The notes below the pieces were generated by a model. The model was not told the DNA's origin and made no database searches. It worked only from the letters and a program-made list of their open reading frames with translations. A stretch of DNA of 64,000 nucleotides from an uncultured Acidobacteriota bacterium (GTDB taxonomy: Bacteria > Acidobacteriota > Thermoanaerobaculia > Gp7-AA8), in NCBI GenBank assembly GCA_963741955.1, contig CAVUKB010000005.1:288001-352000 (forward strand). Direction: 5' to 3'. Position numbers and translations under genes: made by a program. Positions 20,033-29,810 of this stretch are shown piece after piece (within the stretch, counting starts at the first letter, position 1; every line of letters starts with the position of its first letter).

Positions 20033-20293
20033 ATGAGTCAGAATCGAGAGATGACGCGGGCGGACATCGAAGAGAAGCTCCTCACCATCATCCGGAACGA
20101 GAAGACCCTCCCTCCGGGGCAGCTCGACCCTGACCGGCCACTCTCGGAGGTCGGAGTCGATTCGCTCGACGCGCTGAATATTCTTTTCGCGATCGAGGAG
20201 ACCTTCGGAATCTCCGTGCCGGACGATCAGGCGCGCAAGATCCGTACGCTGAACGACATGGTGCGAACCGTCGAACAGCTCCGGGCAGCGTGA
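20033..20293 (+). CDS. Acyl carrier protein
   Basis: GVDSLD phosphopantetheine motif and IEETFGISVPD; TATAAT 7 nt upstream of the ATG. Confidence 0.9.
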   Translation: MSQNREMTRADIEEKLLTIIRNEKTLPPGQLDPDRPLSEVGVDSLDALNILFAIEETFGISVPDDQARKIRTLNDMVRTVEQLRAA

Positions 20294-20296
20294 CCG

Positions 20297-21511
20297 ATGG
20301 ACGACCGCATCGCGATCACCGGAATGGGGATCGTCTCCCCTCTCGGTGTCGGCCGTGAACGGACGCTCGAAGCGGTCCGAAATGCGAGCCCCGGCATCCG
20401 CGCTCTCTCGAACTTCGACGCTTCCTCCCTCTCCTGCCGGATCGGCGGCGAGATTCCCGACGCGTGGCTGGATGGCTCGGATCTCGACCACGACCGCTTC
20501 ACGACGCTCGCTCTGATCGCGGCCGCGGAAGCCTGCGCGACGTTGCCGGAGGAATCGGATTCCCGGCGGACAGGGGTGCTGATCGCTTCGGGGCTCGGCG
20601 GAGGCGAAACGCTCGACATCGGATATCAGCGGCTCTACGGCAGGAACCAGGCAAGGGTTCACCCGATGACCATTCCGCGGGCGATGTACAACGCAGCGAC
20701 GAGCGCGGTAGCGCGGGTTCATCAGGCGAAGGGGCCGGCATTCAGCATCGTCTCCGCATGCGCTTCCGGGACTCACGCAATCGGCCAGGCCGCGCTCTGG
20801 ATCAAGGCGGGACTCGCAGGGAGAGTGATCGCCGGAGCGGCGGACGCCCCTCTGCATACCGGGACCATCCGGGCGTGGGAGAGCCTCCGGGTTCTCGCCC
20901 CCTCGGACGGCGACCCCGGCCGCGCGTGTCGTCCCTTCAGTGCCGACCGCTGCGGAATCGTGCTGGGAGAAGGCGCAGCGGTGGTGGTGCTCGAGCGGAT
21001 GGAGTTGGCGAAAGCACGAGGGGCCGAGATTTTCGGGGAGATCGCCGGATTCGGGATGAGCAGCGATGCGGGTCACGTGACCGACCCGTCGGTCGACGGA
21101 GCGGCGAGAGCGATGGAAATGGCGATGGAAAGCGGGCGCCTCGCTCCGGACGCAATCGGCTACGTGAACGCCCACGGGACCGCGACCCGGGCAAACGACC
21201 CCGCCGAGACCGCTGCGATCCGGCAAGTCTTCGGTGCGACAGCCGAGCGGCTGCAGGTGAGCTCGACCAAGTCGATGCACGCTCACGCCATGGGGGCGAG
21301 CGGCGCGATCGAACTGGTGCTCTCGCTCACCGCGCTGAACGAAGGGGTGATTCCAGCGACCATCAACTATACGGTCCCCGATCCGGAGTGCGACCTCGAC
21401 TACGTTCCGAATGCCGCGCGTGAAGGACGGGTCGACGCGTTCCTGTCGAACTCCTTCGGCTTCGGCGGTTTGAACGGCGTGCTCGCGGTCCGGACGAAAC
21501 ACGGTTTGTGA
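20297..21511 (+). CDS. fabF: Beta-ketoacyl-ACP synthase II family
   Basis: SACASG, NAHGTAT, SSTKSMHAH, SNSFGFGG. Confidence 0.88.
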   Translation: MDDRIAITGMGIVSPLGVGRERTLEAVRNASPGIRALSNFDASSLSCRIGGEIPDAWLDGSDLDHDRFTTLALIAAAEACATLPEESDSRRTGVLIASGLGGGETLDIGYQRLYGRNQARVHPMTIPRAMYNAATSAVARVHQAKGPAFSIVSACASGTHAIGQAALWIKAGLAGRVIAGAADAPLHTGTIRAWESLRVLAPSDGDPGRACRPFSADRCGIVLGEGAAVVVLERMELAKARGAEIFGEIAGFGMSSDAGHVTDPSVDGAARAMEMAMESGRLAPDAIGYVNAHGTATRANDPAETAAIRQVFGATAERLQVSSTKSMHAHAMGASGAIELVLSLTALNEGVIPATINYTVPDPECDLDYVPNAAREGRVDAFLSNSFGFGGLNGVLAVRTKHGL

Positions 21512-21777
21512 GAGTCGTACGATCTCGAACGGTCGTCTCTCCGGTACGTTCGGGGGGGACCTTCCGCTCTCGCGCTCGTCGTATCTCACTCTGCCGGAAG
21601 CATTTCGTGTCGTACGGCTTCTGCGTTTCCGTGCACCCCGCGAGAGCGGCGGCGCCGGACCGCGCCACTCCTCTTCCGGTCCGGCGCGGCACCGGTCTTG
21701 CTTCAGTCTGGCGTGAACGAATCCGGCGACCCGGGTCGAAATCCGGTCTCGGTTCACCGCCGTCAGGGAGGCTCTCA

Positions 21778-22134
21778 TTGATCGTAGAAAAGAAGCACCA
21801 CGATTCCTTCACGATTCTCTACGTGGAAGGACTGATCAAGCTCGGTGAGAGCGCGGAATTCTTCTCCTCCGCCCTGGAGAACGTGCTGAAGAACGAGAGC
21901 ACGAACGTGATCGTCGATTTCACCAAGATCGACTACATCGATTCGACGGGGATTGGTGAGCTGGTCGGGTACCTCGGAAAATTCACCTCACAGAACCGCA
22001 AGCTGATTCTGGTGAACCCATCGGAGCGGATCCAGAAGCTCCTCAAGCTCGCCAAGCTCGACTCGGTGTTCAAGATCTACGCGACGGAAGAAGAGGCGAT
22101 GTCGGCCGAAGCGTCGACGAGCGCCAACGCGTGA
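21778..22134 (+). CDS. STAS-domain anti-sigma factor antagonist
   Basis: TTG start after GGGAGG; IDYIDSTGIGELV phosphoacceptor motif. Confidence 0.85.
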   Translation: MIVEKKHHDSFTILYVEGLIKLGESAEFFSSALENVLKNESTNVIVDFTKIDYIDSTGIGELVGYLGKFTSQNRKLILVNPSERIQKLLKLAKLDSVFKIYATEEEAMSAEASTSANA

Positions 22135-22190
22135 ACCGTCCCGGCACTTTTTCACCCGCGGGCGGCCCGATCTGATTTAGAGTTGGTTGG

Positions 22191-23255
22191 ATGAGTGCGC
22201 CTCTCGTGCAGATCCGACGCGGAGGGTTCGTCGAGTCGGTCCACAGCGGCTCGATTGCCGTGGTCGATTCCGGAGGACGCCTGATCGCCTTCGCGGGCAA
22301 TCCCGAGCTCCCGGCGTTCCTTCGCTCCGCGGCCAAGCCGTTCCAGGCCATTCCTCTGGTGGAGGAAGGAGGCGTGGAGGAGTTCGAACTCACGACACAG
22401 GAGCTCGCGCTCATCTGCGCATCGCATGGAGGAGAGCCGCAGCACATCGCCACCGCAGCGGCGATTCTCCGGAAAGGCGACTTCGACGAATCCGATCTTC
22501 TCTGCGGCGCCCACCCCCCTCTGACCGAGAAAGCCGCGGCCGAGCTCCGGCAGTCGGGCGAGCCGCCGACTCCCCTCCACAACAACTGCAGCGGAAAGCA
22601 CGCGGGAATGCTCCTCGCGACGCGGCTGCTCGACGTCGGAAGCACCACGTACATTGCACCGGAGCATCCGGTTCAGCAGCGCATCCTCGAGACGGTCGGC
22701 GAGTTCGCGGGCCTCGGTACGGACTCGATTCCGTTCGCCACGGACGGCTGCGGCGTTCCGACGTTCCGTCTGTCGCTCTATCGCGCCGCGCTCGCCTACG
22801 CCCGGTTGATGGCATCGGCGAGTGGCGACGCGCCGGGAGCGCTCGATCGCTACGTCGATCCAGCGAGGGAAGTCGTCGATGCGATGACCGGTAGTCCCGA
22901 GTACGTGGCCGGCGAGTGGAGTATCACCACTCCCCTGATGCAGGCGTTCGGAGGGGATCTTCTGGCCAAAGAGGGGGCGGAGGGGTATTACGCGATGGCC
23001 ATCTCGCCCGAGATTCTCGACGAGCGGTTCGCGGGACCGGATTCGCCGGGGCTGCCGGTCGGGGTGGCCCTGAAGATCGACGACGGGTCGATGGAGCGCG
23101 GGAGAAACCCCGCCATTCTGCGGATTCTGGAGATTCTGGGGATCGGCGTCGAAACGAATCCCGCCCTCGAATCGTATCGAAGAAGAGAGCTGTTCAACGC
23201 GGCGGGGACGCGGGTGGGAGAGACCTGCGCCGAATTCGATCTGATTTTTCTCTGA
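22191..23255 (+). CDS. L-asparaginase, Rhizobium etli type (Asparaginase_II)
   Basis: RSAAKPFQA, CASHGGE, NNCSGKHAGML, DGCGVP, AKEGAEG, KIDDG. Confidence 0.88.
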   Translation: MSAPLVQIRRGGFVESVHSGSIAVVDSGGRLIAFAGNPELPAFLRSAAKPFQAIPLVEEGGVEEFELTTQELALICASHGGEPQHIATAAAILRKGDFDESDLLCGAHPPLTEKAAAELRQSGEPPTPLHNNCSGKHAGMLLATRLLDVGSTTYIAPEHPVQQRILETVGEFAGLGTDSIPFATDGCGVPTFRLSLYRAALAYARLMASASGDAPGALDRYVDPAREVVDAMTGSPEYVAGEWSITTPLMQAFGGDLLAKEGAEGYYAMAISPEILDERFAGPDSPGLPVGVALKIDDGSMERGRNPAILRILEILGIGVETNPALESYRRRELFNAAGTRVGETCAEFDLIFL

Positions 23256-23260
23256 GGAGA

Positions 23261-23677
23261 ATGATGAGGCGGTACTCGATACTGGTCCTGGTTCTGTTGC
23301 TGCTGGCGGCATGCAAGACCGTCGGCATTTCGCACCAAGATGGCGGATACGCCGAAGTTTCGGTGAACATCGCCCATCAGATGCTGCTCGACGACCGGCA
23401 GATCCTGGTCCTCGACATCCGTCCGGCGGAAGCGTACGCCGGAGCGACCGGTCACATCGCCGGATCGGTTTCCGCACCACTGGCGACGATCGAGCAGCGG
23501 CTGCCGCAGCTCATTCCGTATCAGAGCGGGACGGTTCTGGTGTACGGCGATTCCGAATCGTCGAGCAAGGACGCGTCGAAGCTCCTCGTCGCGTCAGGAT
23601 TCCGCAACGTCGTGCGGATCGAGGGCGGAATCGATCGATGGATTGAAAAGGGATACGAGACTGTTACCGTGCACTGA
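23261..23677 (+). CDS. Rhodanese-like domain lipoprotein
   Basis: LAAC lipobox; LDIRP..Y...GHIAGS and GGIDRW; active-site Cys absent. Confidence 0.75.
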   Translation: MMRRYSILVLVLLLLAACKTVGISHQDGGYAEVSVNIAHQMLLDDRQILVLDIRPAEAYAGATGHIAGSVSAPLATIEQRLPQLIPYQSGTVLVYGDSESSSKDASKLLVASGFRNVVRIEGGIDRWIEKGYETVTVH

Positions 23678-23705
23678 ATTTTCCCCGAGAGGCTCAGACC
23701 AGAGG

Positions 23706-24794
23706 ATGATGAAGAAGACGCTCGCTCTACTCGCACTCGCCGCCGCACTCCCGATCTCGTTGTACGCCGCACCTCCCAACAGGGTCACCGGCACCGTGGT
23801 CCACGACGCGAAGCTCGAGAAATACTTCGCCCGAGCGATGACCGTCTGTCCGGGATCGGCGCTGAAGATCGAACAGGCCGACCAGCAGGGACCCGCTGGG
23901 TTCATCGTCTACCGGGTGACGCAGACCTCCGCCGAATCGAACTGCGGCGAGTCGACCCTCGCGGTCGTCTCCCCCTCCTCGGGGCAGACGTTCATCGGAA
24001 GTGTCCTTCCTGTGCCGTTCGATCTGAGGCCGGTGGACAAACGGCTGGGCGAGATGGCCGGTCAGATGCTCAAGAAGCCGGTCCAGGCGTCGGTCTCTAC
24101 GAAGGCGTACGCGGACGGAGTACGGCTGGTGAGCCTGACCATCGATACGACGGAGGGACCGTTCTCGTATCACGGATACCTCGACAACTCCCAGCGATAC
24201 CTGATCGTCGGGCGCCGCGGAAACCTGAGCGTCGACCCCGGGAAGAGTCTTCTCGAAGACATCGCGGCTTCGACCGGCATGTCGAGAGGATCGAAGGACG
24301 GACCGATCGAGATCGTCGAGATCTCCGACTTCCAGTGTCCCACCTGTGGCCGCGCACATCAGCCGATGGAAAAGTTCTTCGAAGAGAACAAGTCGAAGAT
24401 CCACTACATCAGGCTCGATCTTCCGATCTTCGAACATCACGAATGGGCGCTTTACGCCGCACTCGGCGCACGTGCGGTGCAGAAAGTGGCTCCCGAGCAT
24501 TACTGGGAGTACGTGAACTACATGTTCCACAACCAGGAAGACATCACGCGCGCGAACGTCGACGACATGATCAAGGCCTTCGCCGGCATGGTCGATATTC
24601 CGTGGAAGAAACTGGAGAGCGTCTATCGCTCTCCTGCCGAGCGGAAGGCACTGATGGAACAGGTGGCGCGCGAGTACGACAGTGCGATCTTCGCGACCCC
24701 GACCTACATCGTGAACGGCCGGAACGTCTACTACGGCCACGACGGCGACTATCTCCACAGCTATCTGAACTCTCTGGTGGGCAAGAAGAAGTAG
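23706..24794 (+). CDS. DsbA/Thioredoxin_4 family periplasmic protein
   Basis: Signal peptide, SDFQCPTC, ATPTYIVNG. Confidence 0.85.
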   Translation: MMKKTLALLALAAALPISLYAAPPNRVTGTVVHDAKLEKYFARAMTVCPGSALKIEQADQQGPAGFIVYRVTQTSAESNCGESTLAVVSPSSGQTFIGSVLPVPFDLRPVDKRLGEMAGQMLKKPVQASVSTKAYADGVRLVSLTIDTTEGPFSYHGYLDNSQRYLIVGRRGNLSVDPGKSLLEDIAASTGMSRGSKDGPIEIVEISDFQCPTCGRAHQPMEKFFEENKSKIHYIRLDLPIFEHHEWALYAALGARAVQKVAPEHYWEYVNYMFHNQEDITRANVDDMIKAFAGMVDIPWKKLESVYRSPAERKALMEQVAREYDSAIFATPTYIVNGRNVYYGHDGDYLHSYLNSLVGKKK

Positions 24795-24820
24795 CTGCGC
24801 ACCGGACAGCTGAATCGTCG

Positions 24821-24853
24821 AACGCGGCCGGACATCCGGTCGCGTTTTCTTTT
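24821..24853 (+). terminator. Intrinsic terminator
   Basis: acgcggccgga-ca-tccggtcgcgt followed by tttctttt. Confidence 0.75.
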
Positions 24854-24896
24854 GGGGCGTGCAAGCACCCCGGCGCGTCGTGCACGGGCTCCGCGC

Positions 24897-25045
24897 AGGG
24901 GGTCAGAGCCGCCGTTCCGACGTCTCGAAGCGACACAGGGGGTCAGAGCCGTTCTGCCAACGTCCCCCCGTCAAATGGGGTCAGAGCCGTCTTGCCGACG
25001 TCCCCGGGTCAAACGGGGTCAGAGCCGTCTTGCCAACGCCCTGAA
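24897..25045 (+). repeat. Four tandem ~38-41-bp GGGGTCAGAGCCG REP-like units
   Basis: ggggtcagagccg repeated with related downstream sequence (tgccaacg/tgccgacg). Confidence 0.8.
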
Positions 25046-25071
25046 GGGAAACCCCGCTCCAGGGTGACGTT

Positions 25072-26733
25072 TCACGACCCGGCAGGTCCGGTCGACAACA
25101 GATCGATCGTCGGCCGCCGGTGCACCGCAACTGCCCTCCCGGACGGATCCGCTGACGCCGCGAACGCCGAGTCCCAGGCGATCGCGGCCGGCGTGCTGCA
25201 GGCGATGCTCGGGCCGCCCGGAACCAGTCGCGCGAAAGCATCTCCCGGAAAATGCCGCTCGAACATGCACCGGTAGAGATACCCCTCCGCCGTCACAGGC
25301 GGGTTGAGCGGAAACCGGGAGGCCGCGCTCGCGAGTGCGGCGTCGGAGATCTCCTCGCGCGCGAAGTTCTTCAATGCATCGATCCACCGGTAGCCGACAC
25401 CGTCGGAGAACTGCTCCTTCTGCCTCCAGAGAATCTCGGGAGGAAGATCGCCCTCGAATGCCGAACGGAGCACGTGTTTCTCGATCTTCCCATCCCGCGC
25501 CATCTTCTTCTCGGGATCCATCGACATCGCGAGATCGATGAATTCGCGGTCGAGGAACGGCACTCTCACTTCCACTCCCCACGCGGCCATCGATTTGTTC
25601 GCCCTCTGGCAGTCGTAGGTGTGGAGGAGCTCGAGTTTCCTCACTGTTTCCTCGTGAAATGCCCGCGCGTCCGGAGCGCGGTGAAAATAGAGATACCCCC
25701 CGAAGATCTCGTCCGAGCCCTCACCGGAGAGAACCATACGGACTCCAGCCGATCGAATGCGTCTGGCGAGAAGGTACATCGGAACCGATGCACGCACGGT
25801 GGTCACGTCGTACGACTCGATGTGGTAGATCACGTCCGAGAGCGCATCGAGTCCCTCCTCCACCGAAAACGTGAACTGCCGATGCTCCGATCCGATCGCT
25901 TCGGCGACGCATCGGGCCGCCTCCAGGTCCGGCGACTCATCCAGTCCGATCGCGAAGGAGCGGAGTCTCGCATCGGGATCGATCTTCCGGATCGCCCGTG
26001 CCGCAGTCTTCGCGATGATGGATGAATCGACGCCCCCGGAGAGGAGGACGCCCCACTCGACGTCACTCATCAGTTGGCGCTCGACCGCCGATGTCAATCC
26101 ACGCCGGATGTCGTGAATCCCTACCTTCCCTCCTTCGATGTTCCCGTACTCCCGCCATTCGCGCGGCTCCCGCGCGGTGATCACACCGGTGGCGCCGTCG
26201 AGAAGACTCCCCGGAGGGAACTCCTCGACGAATGCATCGAGCCCGGTCAGGCTCTTCACCTCCGAGGCGACGTAAAGCGCGCCCGATGCGGCGCGTGCGT
26301 AGTAGAGCGGTACGACGCCGACCGGATCGCGGCCGATCAGATACCGGCGGGATTCGCGGTCGTAGAGAACGAAGGCGAAGATCCCGTTCAGGTGGCTCAC
26401 CAGATCCACCCCATATTCGCGGTAGAGCGGGAAGAGCACCTCACAATCGGATTCACTGACGAACGGGAACGAAGGGAAGCGCTCGCGAAGCTCACGATGG
26501 TTGTAGATCTCACCGTTCACCGCGAGGACGAGGTTTCCGTTCACCAGCGGCTGCGCTCCGTTCTCCGGTGCGACGACCGCCAGCCGCTCGTGAACGAGAA
26601 CCGTCCGATCGTCCGCGAAGACTCCGCGCCAGTCGGGACCTCTGTGCCGCTGACGCCGAGACTGCTCGAGAGCGAGCTGCTTCAATCCGAGGGTGCCCTC
26701 GGGGGCATCGAGAATGCCGAATATTGCGCACAT
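25072..26733 (-). CDS. asnB: Asparagine synthetase B (glutamine-hydrolysing)
   Basis: MCAIFG (Ntn Cys2), HRGPD, NGEIYNH, SGGVDSS, SGEGSDEIFGGY, WRQKEQFSDGVG, DPSGRA; GAGGAGG SD; 553 aa. Confidence 0.96.
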   Translation of the reverse strand: MCAIFGILDAPEGTLGLKQLALEQSRRQRHRGPDWRGVFADDRTVLVHERLAVVAPENGAQPLVNGNLVLAVNGEIYNHRELRERFPSFPFVSESDCEVLFPLYREYGVDLVSHLNGIFAFVLYDRESRRYLIGRDPVGVVPLYYARAASGALYVASEVKSLTGLDAFVEEFPPGSLLDGATGVITAREPREWREYGNIEGGKVGIHDIRRGLTSAVERQLMSDVEWGVLLSGGVDSSIIAKTAARAIRKIDPDARLRSFAIGLDESPDLEAARCVAEAIGSEHRQFTFSVEEGLDALSDVIYHIESYDVTTVRASVPMYLLARRIRSAGVRMVLSGEGSDEIFGGYLYFHRAPDARAFHEETVRKLELLHTYDCQRANKSMAAWGVEVRVPFLDREFIDLAMSMDPEKKMARDGKIEKHVLRSAFEGDLPPEILWRQKEQFSDGVGYRWIDALKNFAREEISDAALASAASRFPLNPPVTAEGYLYRCMFERHFPGDAFARLVPGGPSIACSTPAAIAWDSAFAASADPSGRAVAVHRRPTIDLLSTGPAGS

Positions 26734-26766
26734 CTTCGTCTCCTCCTCTCCCGGATCCTTCCGGGC

Positions 26767-26798
26767 AAAAGAAAAGGCCCGCACGTTGGTGCGGGCCT
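26767..26798 (-). terminator. Attenuator terminator upstream of asnB
   Basis: AGGCCCGCAC-caac-GTGCGGGCCT then TTTCTTTT, ending about 33 nt before the asnB start. Confidence 0.85.
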
Positions 26799-26823
26799 CG
26801 TGTCAATTTCGAATGGAAAGGAT

Positions 26824-26949
26824 CTACACGTGCCGCACCGTATGCGCCCTGCGATTGTTCAGATTGAAGTTGGGACGTGCGTCGACGGCCGCGCGAGAGG
26901 TCACGCGAGCGGCAGAACGGACGACAGCCGGATCGGCGATGCGGGGCAT
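26824..26949 (-). CDS. Putative Asn-rich leader peptide of asnB (41 aa)
   Basis: MPRIADPAVVRSAARVTSRAAVDARPNFNLNNRRAHTVRHV*; its only four Asn lie within six codons, nine codons before the stop. Confidence 0.75.
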   Translation of the reverse strand: MPRIADPAVVRSAARVTSRAAVDARPNFNLNNRRAHTVRHV

Positions 26950-26958
26950 GAGGCTGAA

Positions 26959-26987
26959 AGAGTGCCCGAATCGGGCTCCCGAGTCAA
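26959..26987 (-). promoter_or_regulatory. Sigma70-like promoter for the asnB leader
   Basis: TTGACT-17 nt-CACTCT, ending 9 nt before the leader ATG; no SD. Confidence 0.5.
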
Positions 26988-27180
26988 CAGCAGCGGAGGC
27001 TCCCGCTATTCATCGGCATGGGACAGCTCGATGGGGGTTACGTCGTTTCGACGGCGCGCGGCATGATCCGGGTCGCTTCGGAGAGGAAGCCGATCGACGG
27101 ACGGCCGCCTTCGCGAGCCGGGACGATGAGTGCGGTCGTGAATCAAGGAGTGCGGTGCGCCGGGTCCGCGTGGCGCAGTT

Positions 27181-28089
27181 TCAGGGCCGCAGTCTGGAAA
27201 CGAGAATCTGGCAATCGGTACCGTAATCCCTGGCCACACAGTTCGTGAAATAGAGGGTCTTCCCGTCCGGCGACCAGCGAGGCGCCGTCGCGCGACCCTC
27301 CGTGTTCGCCACCAGACGAACGTTCGAACCGTCACTGTTCATGACGAAAATCTGGTAGCGCCCCCGGCGGTTCGACGCGAAGGCGATTTCACTTCCGTCC
27401 GGCGACCACTCAGGCCAGGCATCGAAGGCGGGATGGTTGCTCAGATTGCGAACGTGATTCCCGCTGGCGTCGGCGACGAAGACTTCCGAGTTCGTGTCGC
27501 CGATCATTCTGCGAAACGCGATCTGCTTACCGTCCGGCGACCATGACGGATAAGTGTTCACGCCGCCGCTGAGCAGGGTGGTGATCTTCCCGCTCGAGGG
27601 ATCAACGACGTCGATCTCCGCGGCGTTCTTCTTCGGCGGATGCAGATCGTCGTCGGTGCAATAGATAATGCTCCTGCCGTCAGGCGACCAGCGCGGATGT
27701 ATCGCGCGCACGCTATCCGGGGTCAGAGCCTTTCTGCCGCTGCCATCCGTGTTCATCGTGTAAATCGTTTCGCGTCCGGCCGAGAGCAGCACGAATGCGA
27801 TTCTCTTTCCGTCCGGCGACCATGCGGGGTCTTCGTGATCGGCATCATCATGCGTGATGAGCCTCTGTCCTCTGCCGTCGGCGTTCATCATGAAGAGCTG
27901 TTCCCGCCCTTCGAAGAGGGAGCCATAGATCATCCTCTTCCCGTCCGGCGACAGTGTGGGATCGAAATTCTCGGTATAGGTGAGCTGGTAAGGGATCGTC
28001 AGAGGCTCTGCGGCGAGCGCCGCGGCCGCTGAAAGCAGAATCACGGCGGCTTGCACGGCACAGAAGGCACTGCGAACGGACAACTCCAT
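27181..28089 (-). CDS. TolB-like PD40-repeat periplasmic protein
   Basis: Signal peptide and six P.(W/L)SPDG repeats; GGAGG SD. Confidence 0.88.
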   Translation of the reverse strand: MELSVRSAFCAVQAAVILLSAAAALAAEPLTIPYQLTYTENFDPTLSPDGKRMIYGSLFEGREQLFMMNADGRGQRLITHDDADHEDPAWSPDGKRIAFVLLSAGRETIYTMNTDGSGRKALTPDSVRAIHPRWSPDGRSIIYCTDDDLHPPKKNAAEIDVVDPSSGKITTLLSGGVNTYPSWSPDGKQIAFRRMIGDTNSEVFVADASGNHVRNLSNHPAFDAWPEWSPDGSEIAFASNRRGRYQIFVMNSDGSNVRLVANTEGRATAPRWSPDGKTLYFTNCVARDYGTDCQILVSRLRP

Positions 28090-28349
28090 GGCGTTTCCTC
28101 CTCCGGTTCCGGCGATTCAGTCGAATCGACGCCATGAACAATCAGGGATAGCGACAGGCGTTTTCGAACTCGCCTCCAAAGGGGTGAGACATCGAGCTCT
28201 TCGCTGCGTTTCCCATGCTCGCTCACGATTCTGCGCCGATCCCCGGTACGAAGCAAAGTCGGATTCGCCAGACTCGAGACGAGGGCCGGGGGAAGAGTTC
28301 GTGCGGAAAGGAGCGAACGGAGGCGGGATCTGCCATCACGCGAAGGAGC

Positions 28350-28549
28350 CGGGGTCAGCGAAGGTATCGGGGTCAGAGCCGCCATTTTCGCGGGTGGAAG
28401 GCCGGGGTCAGAGCCGCCGTGTCTCCAGCAGAATATTGTTTCTCAGAGCGAGAGCGACCAGGTCGCTTCCGGCCGGCATCGGCTCGGAAGCAGGCAGCTG
28501 CGGGCGCTCACGGTCGGGTGGTGTCCCTTCTGAATTGGGATCTGACCCG
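28350..28549. repeat. GGGGTCAG REP-like cluster (three direct copies, one inverted TCTGACCC)
   Basis: ggggtcagcg, ggggtcagagcc twice, and tctgaccc at about 28541. Confidence 0.65.
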
Positions 28550-28676
28550 GATGACCGAACCGTCATCGACGATCCATCCGGAGGAAGTCACAATATGACT
28601 CCTGATTGGCGGAGCCGGCTGCACCCGCTGCGCCCGGGCCACTCTCTTCTGCCGGTCGACGAAAAGGAGCGCATCC

Positions 28677-29705
28677 ATGCGGTCGACTCTCACATATGCT
28701 GCGATTCTTTCCTCGCTCTTACTCCTGACTCTCTCTGCGGCCGCGACCGCGGCAGACGGCGAGTATCGCGTTCAGACGATCGAACTTCCGGGCGCGAGCG
28801 GCGGGATCTCGATCGACTACATCGCGTACGACCCGGCAACCGGGAGCGTCTGGGTACCGGCCGGCAACACGGCTGCGGTCGACGTGATCGATTCCCGAAC
28901 CGGAAAAATCCGCCAGATCACAGGACTCCCGACGACGGAGATCACCTGGCGGGACCGCAAGCACGTGGTTGGACCGAGCGCGGCATCGGCAGGAGACGGC
29001 GTCGTCTACGTCGGAAATCGAGGTGATTCGAGCGTCTGCGGGTACGACTCGAAGACGCTCGAGCGCCGGGCGTGCGAAACACTCCCCTCGATGCCGGACG
29101 GAGTGAAGTACGTCTCCGATGTGCGCGAAGTCTGGGTGACCACCCCGCGGGATCGTTCCCTCCACATCCTCGACGCGAAAACGCTTCACGAAACCGGACA
29201 CGTCGTGCTGAAGGGAAGCCCGGAGGGCTACGCCGTCGATACCGGACGGCACCGCTTCTACACGAACCTGGAGGATGCGGACCGGACGGTGGTCCTCGAC
29301 ACCCGGACCCATCAGGCTCTCGCGACGTGGAGTCCGAAGTGCGGTGAGGAAGGTCCGCGCGGTCTCGCCATCGACTCCGCCGCCGGACATCTCTTCGTTG
29401 CCTGCACCGATCACGTGGAAGTGCTCGATACGCGCAACGGGAACATTCTCTCGACCCTCGACACGGGCGCCGGCGTCGACAATCTCGATTACGCGCCGCA
29501 CTCTCACCTCCTGTACGCCGCGGCGGGACGGGCCGGAAAGCTGATGATCGCGCGCGACGATGCGAAAGGGGAGCTCACTCTCGTGGCGAGCGTCCCGACG
29601 CGAACCGGCGCGCGCAACGGCGTCGTGACGGATGACGGGACGGTGTATGTCGCGCACGGCGGCGCCGGAGAGATGGTCGTCGTATCGCCGCCCACGGTGA
29701 AGTGA
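28677..29705 (+). CDS. YncE-family secreted beta-propeller
   Basis: AAGGAG SD, signal peptide, DYIAYDP, GLAID..HLFVAC, TGAGVD, PTRTGAR. Confidence 0.82.
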   Translation: MRSTLTYAAILSSLLLLTLSAAATAADGEYRVQTIELPGASGGISIDYIAYDPATGSVWVPAGNTAAVDVIDSRTGKIRQITGLPTTEITWRDRKHVVGPSAASAGDGVVYVGNRGDSSVCGYDSKTLERRACETLPSMPDGVKYVSDVREVWVTTPRDRSLHILDAKTLHETGHVVLKGSPEGYAVDTGRHRFYTNLEDADRTVVLDTRTHQALATWSPKCGEEGPRGLAIDSAAGHLFVACTDHVEVLDTRNGNILSTLDTGAGVDNLDYAPHSHLLYAAAGRAGKLMIARDDAKGELTLVASVPTRTGARNGVVTDDGTVYVAHGGAGEMVVVSPPTVK

Positions 29706-29810
29706 CGAAACGCCTCGGCCAGAGCCGCGGCGCCCGATGTTCTTTTCCCCTCTCGAGCCAGATGGAAGAAGGGAGGAGCGATCACTGCTCCTCCCTTTTC
29801 TCACTCAGAG

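Noticed and set aside
21512-21777. GC-rich hairpins before the STAS gene as a possible ncRNA
   Set aside because: No recognisable family motif; the stems are compatible with chance at this GC content or a plain 5' UTR.
19916-21778. 749-aa minus-strand ORF
   Set aside because: Mostly the antisense shadow of ACP-fabF; only the last ~130 codons look like a real gene.
24897-25045. Regularly spaced repeats resembling a mini CRISPR array
   Set aside because: The constant part is only about 13 bp, the intervening sequences resemble each other, no cas genes are present, and the same motif flanks the RAYT.
26734-27000. T-box or metabolite riboswitch as the explanation for the asnB terminator
   Set aside because: No UGGNACC T-box bulge or recognisable aptamer was found; the Asn uORF plus antiterminator explains the structure better.
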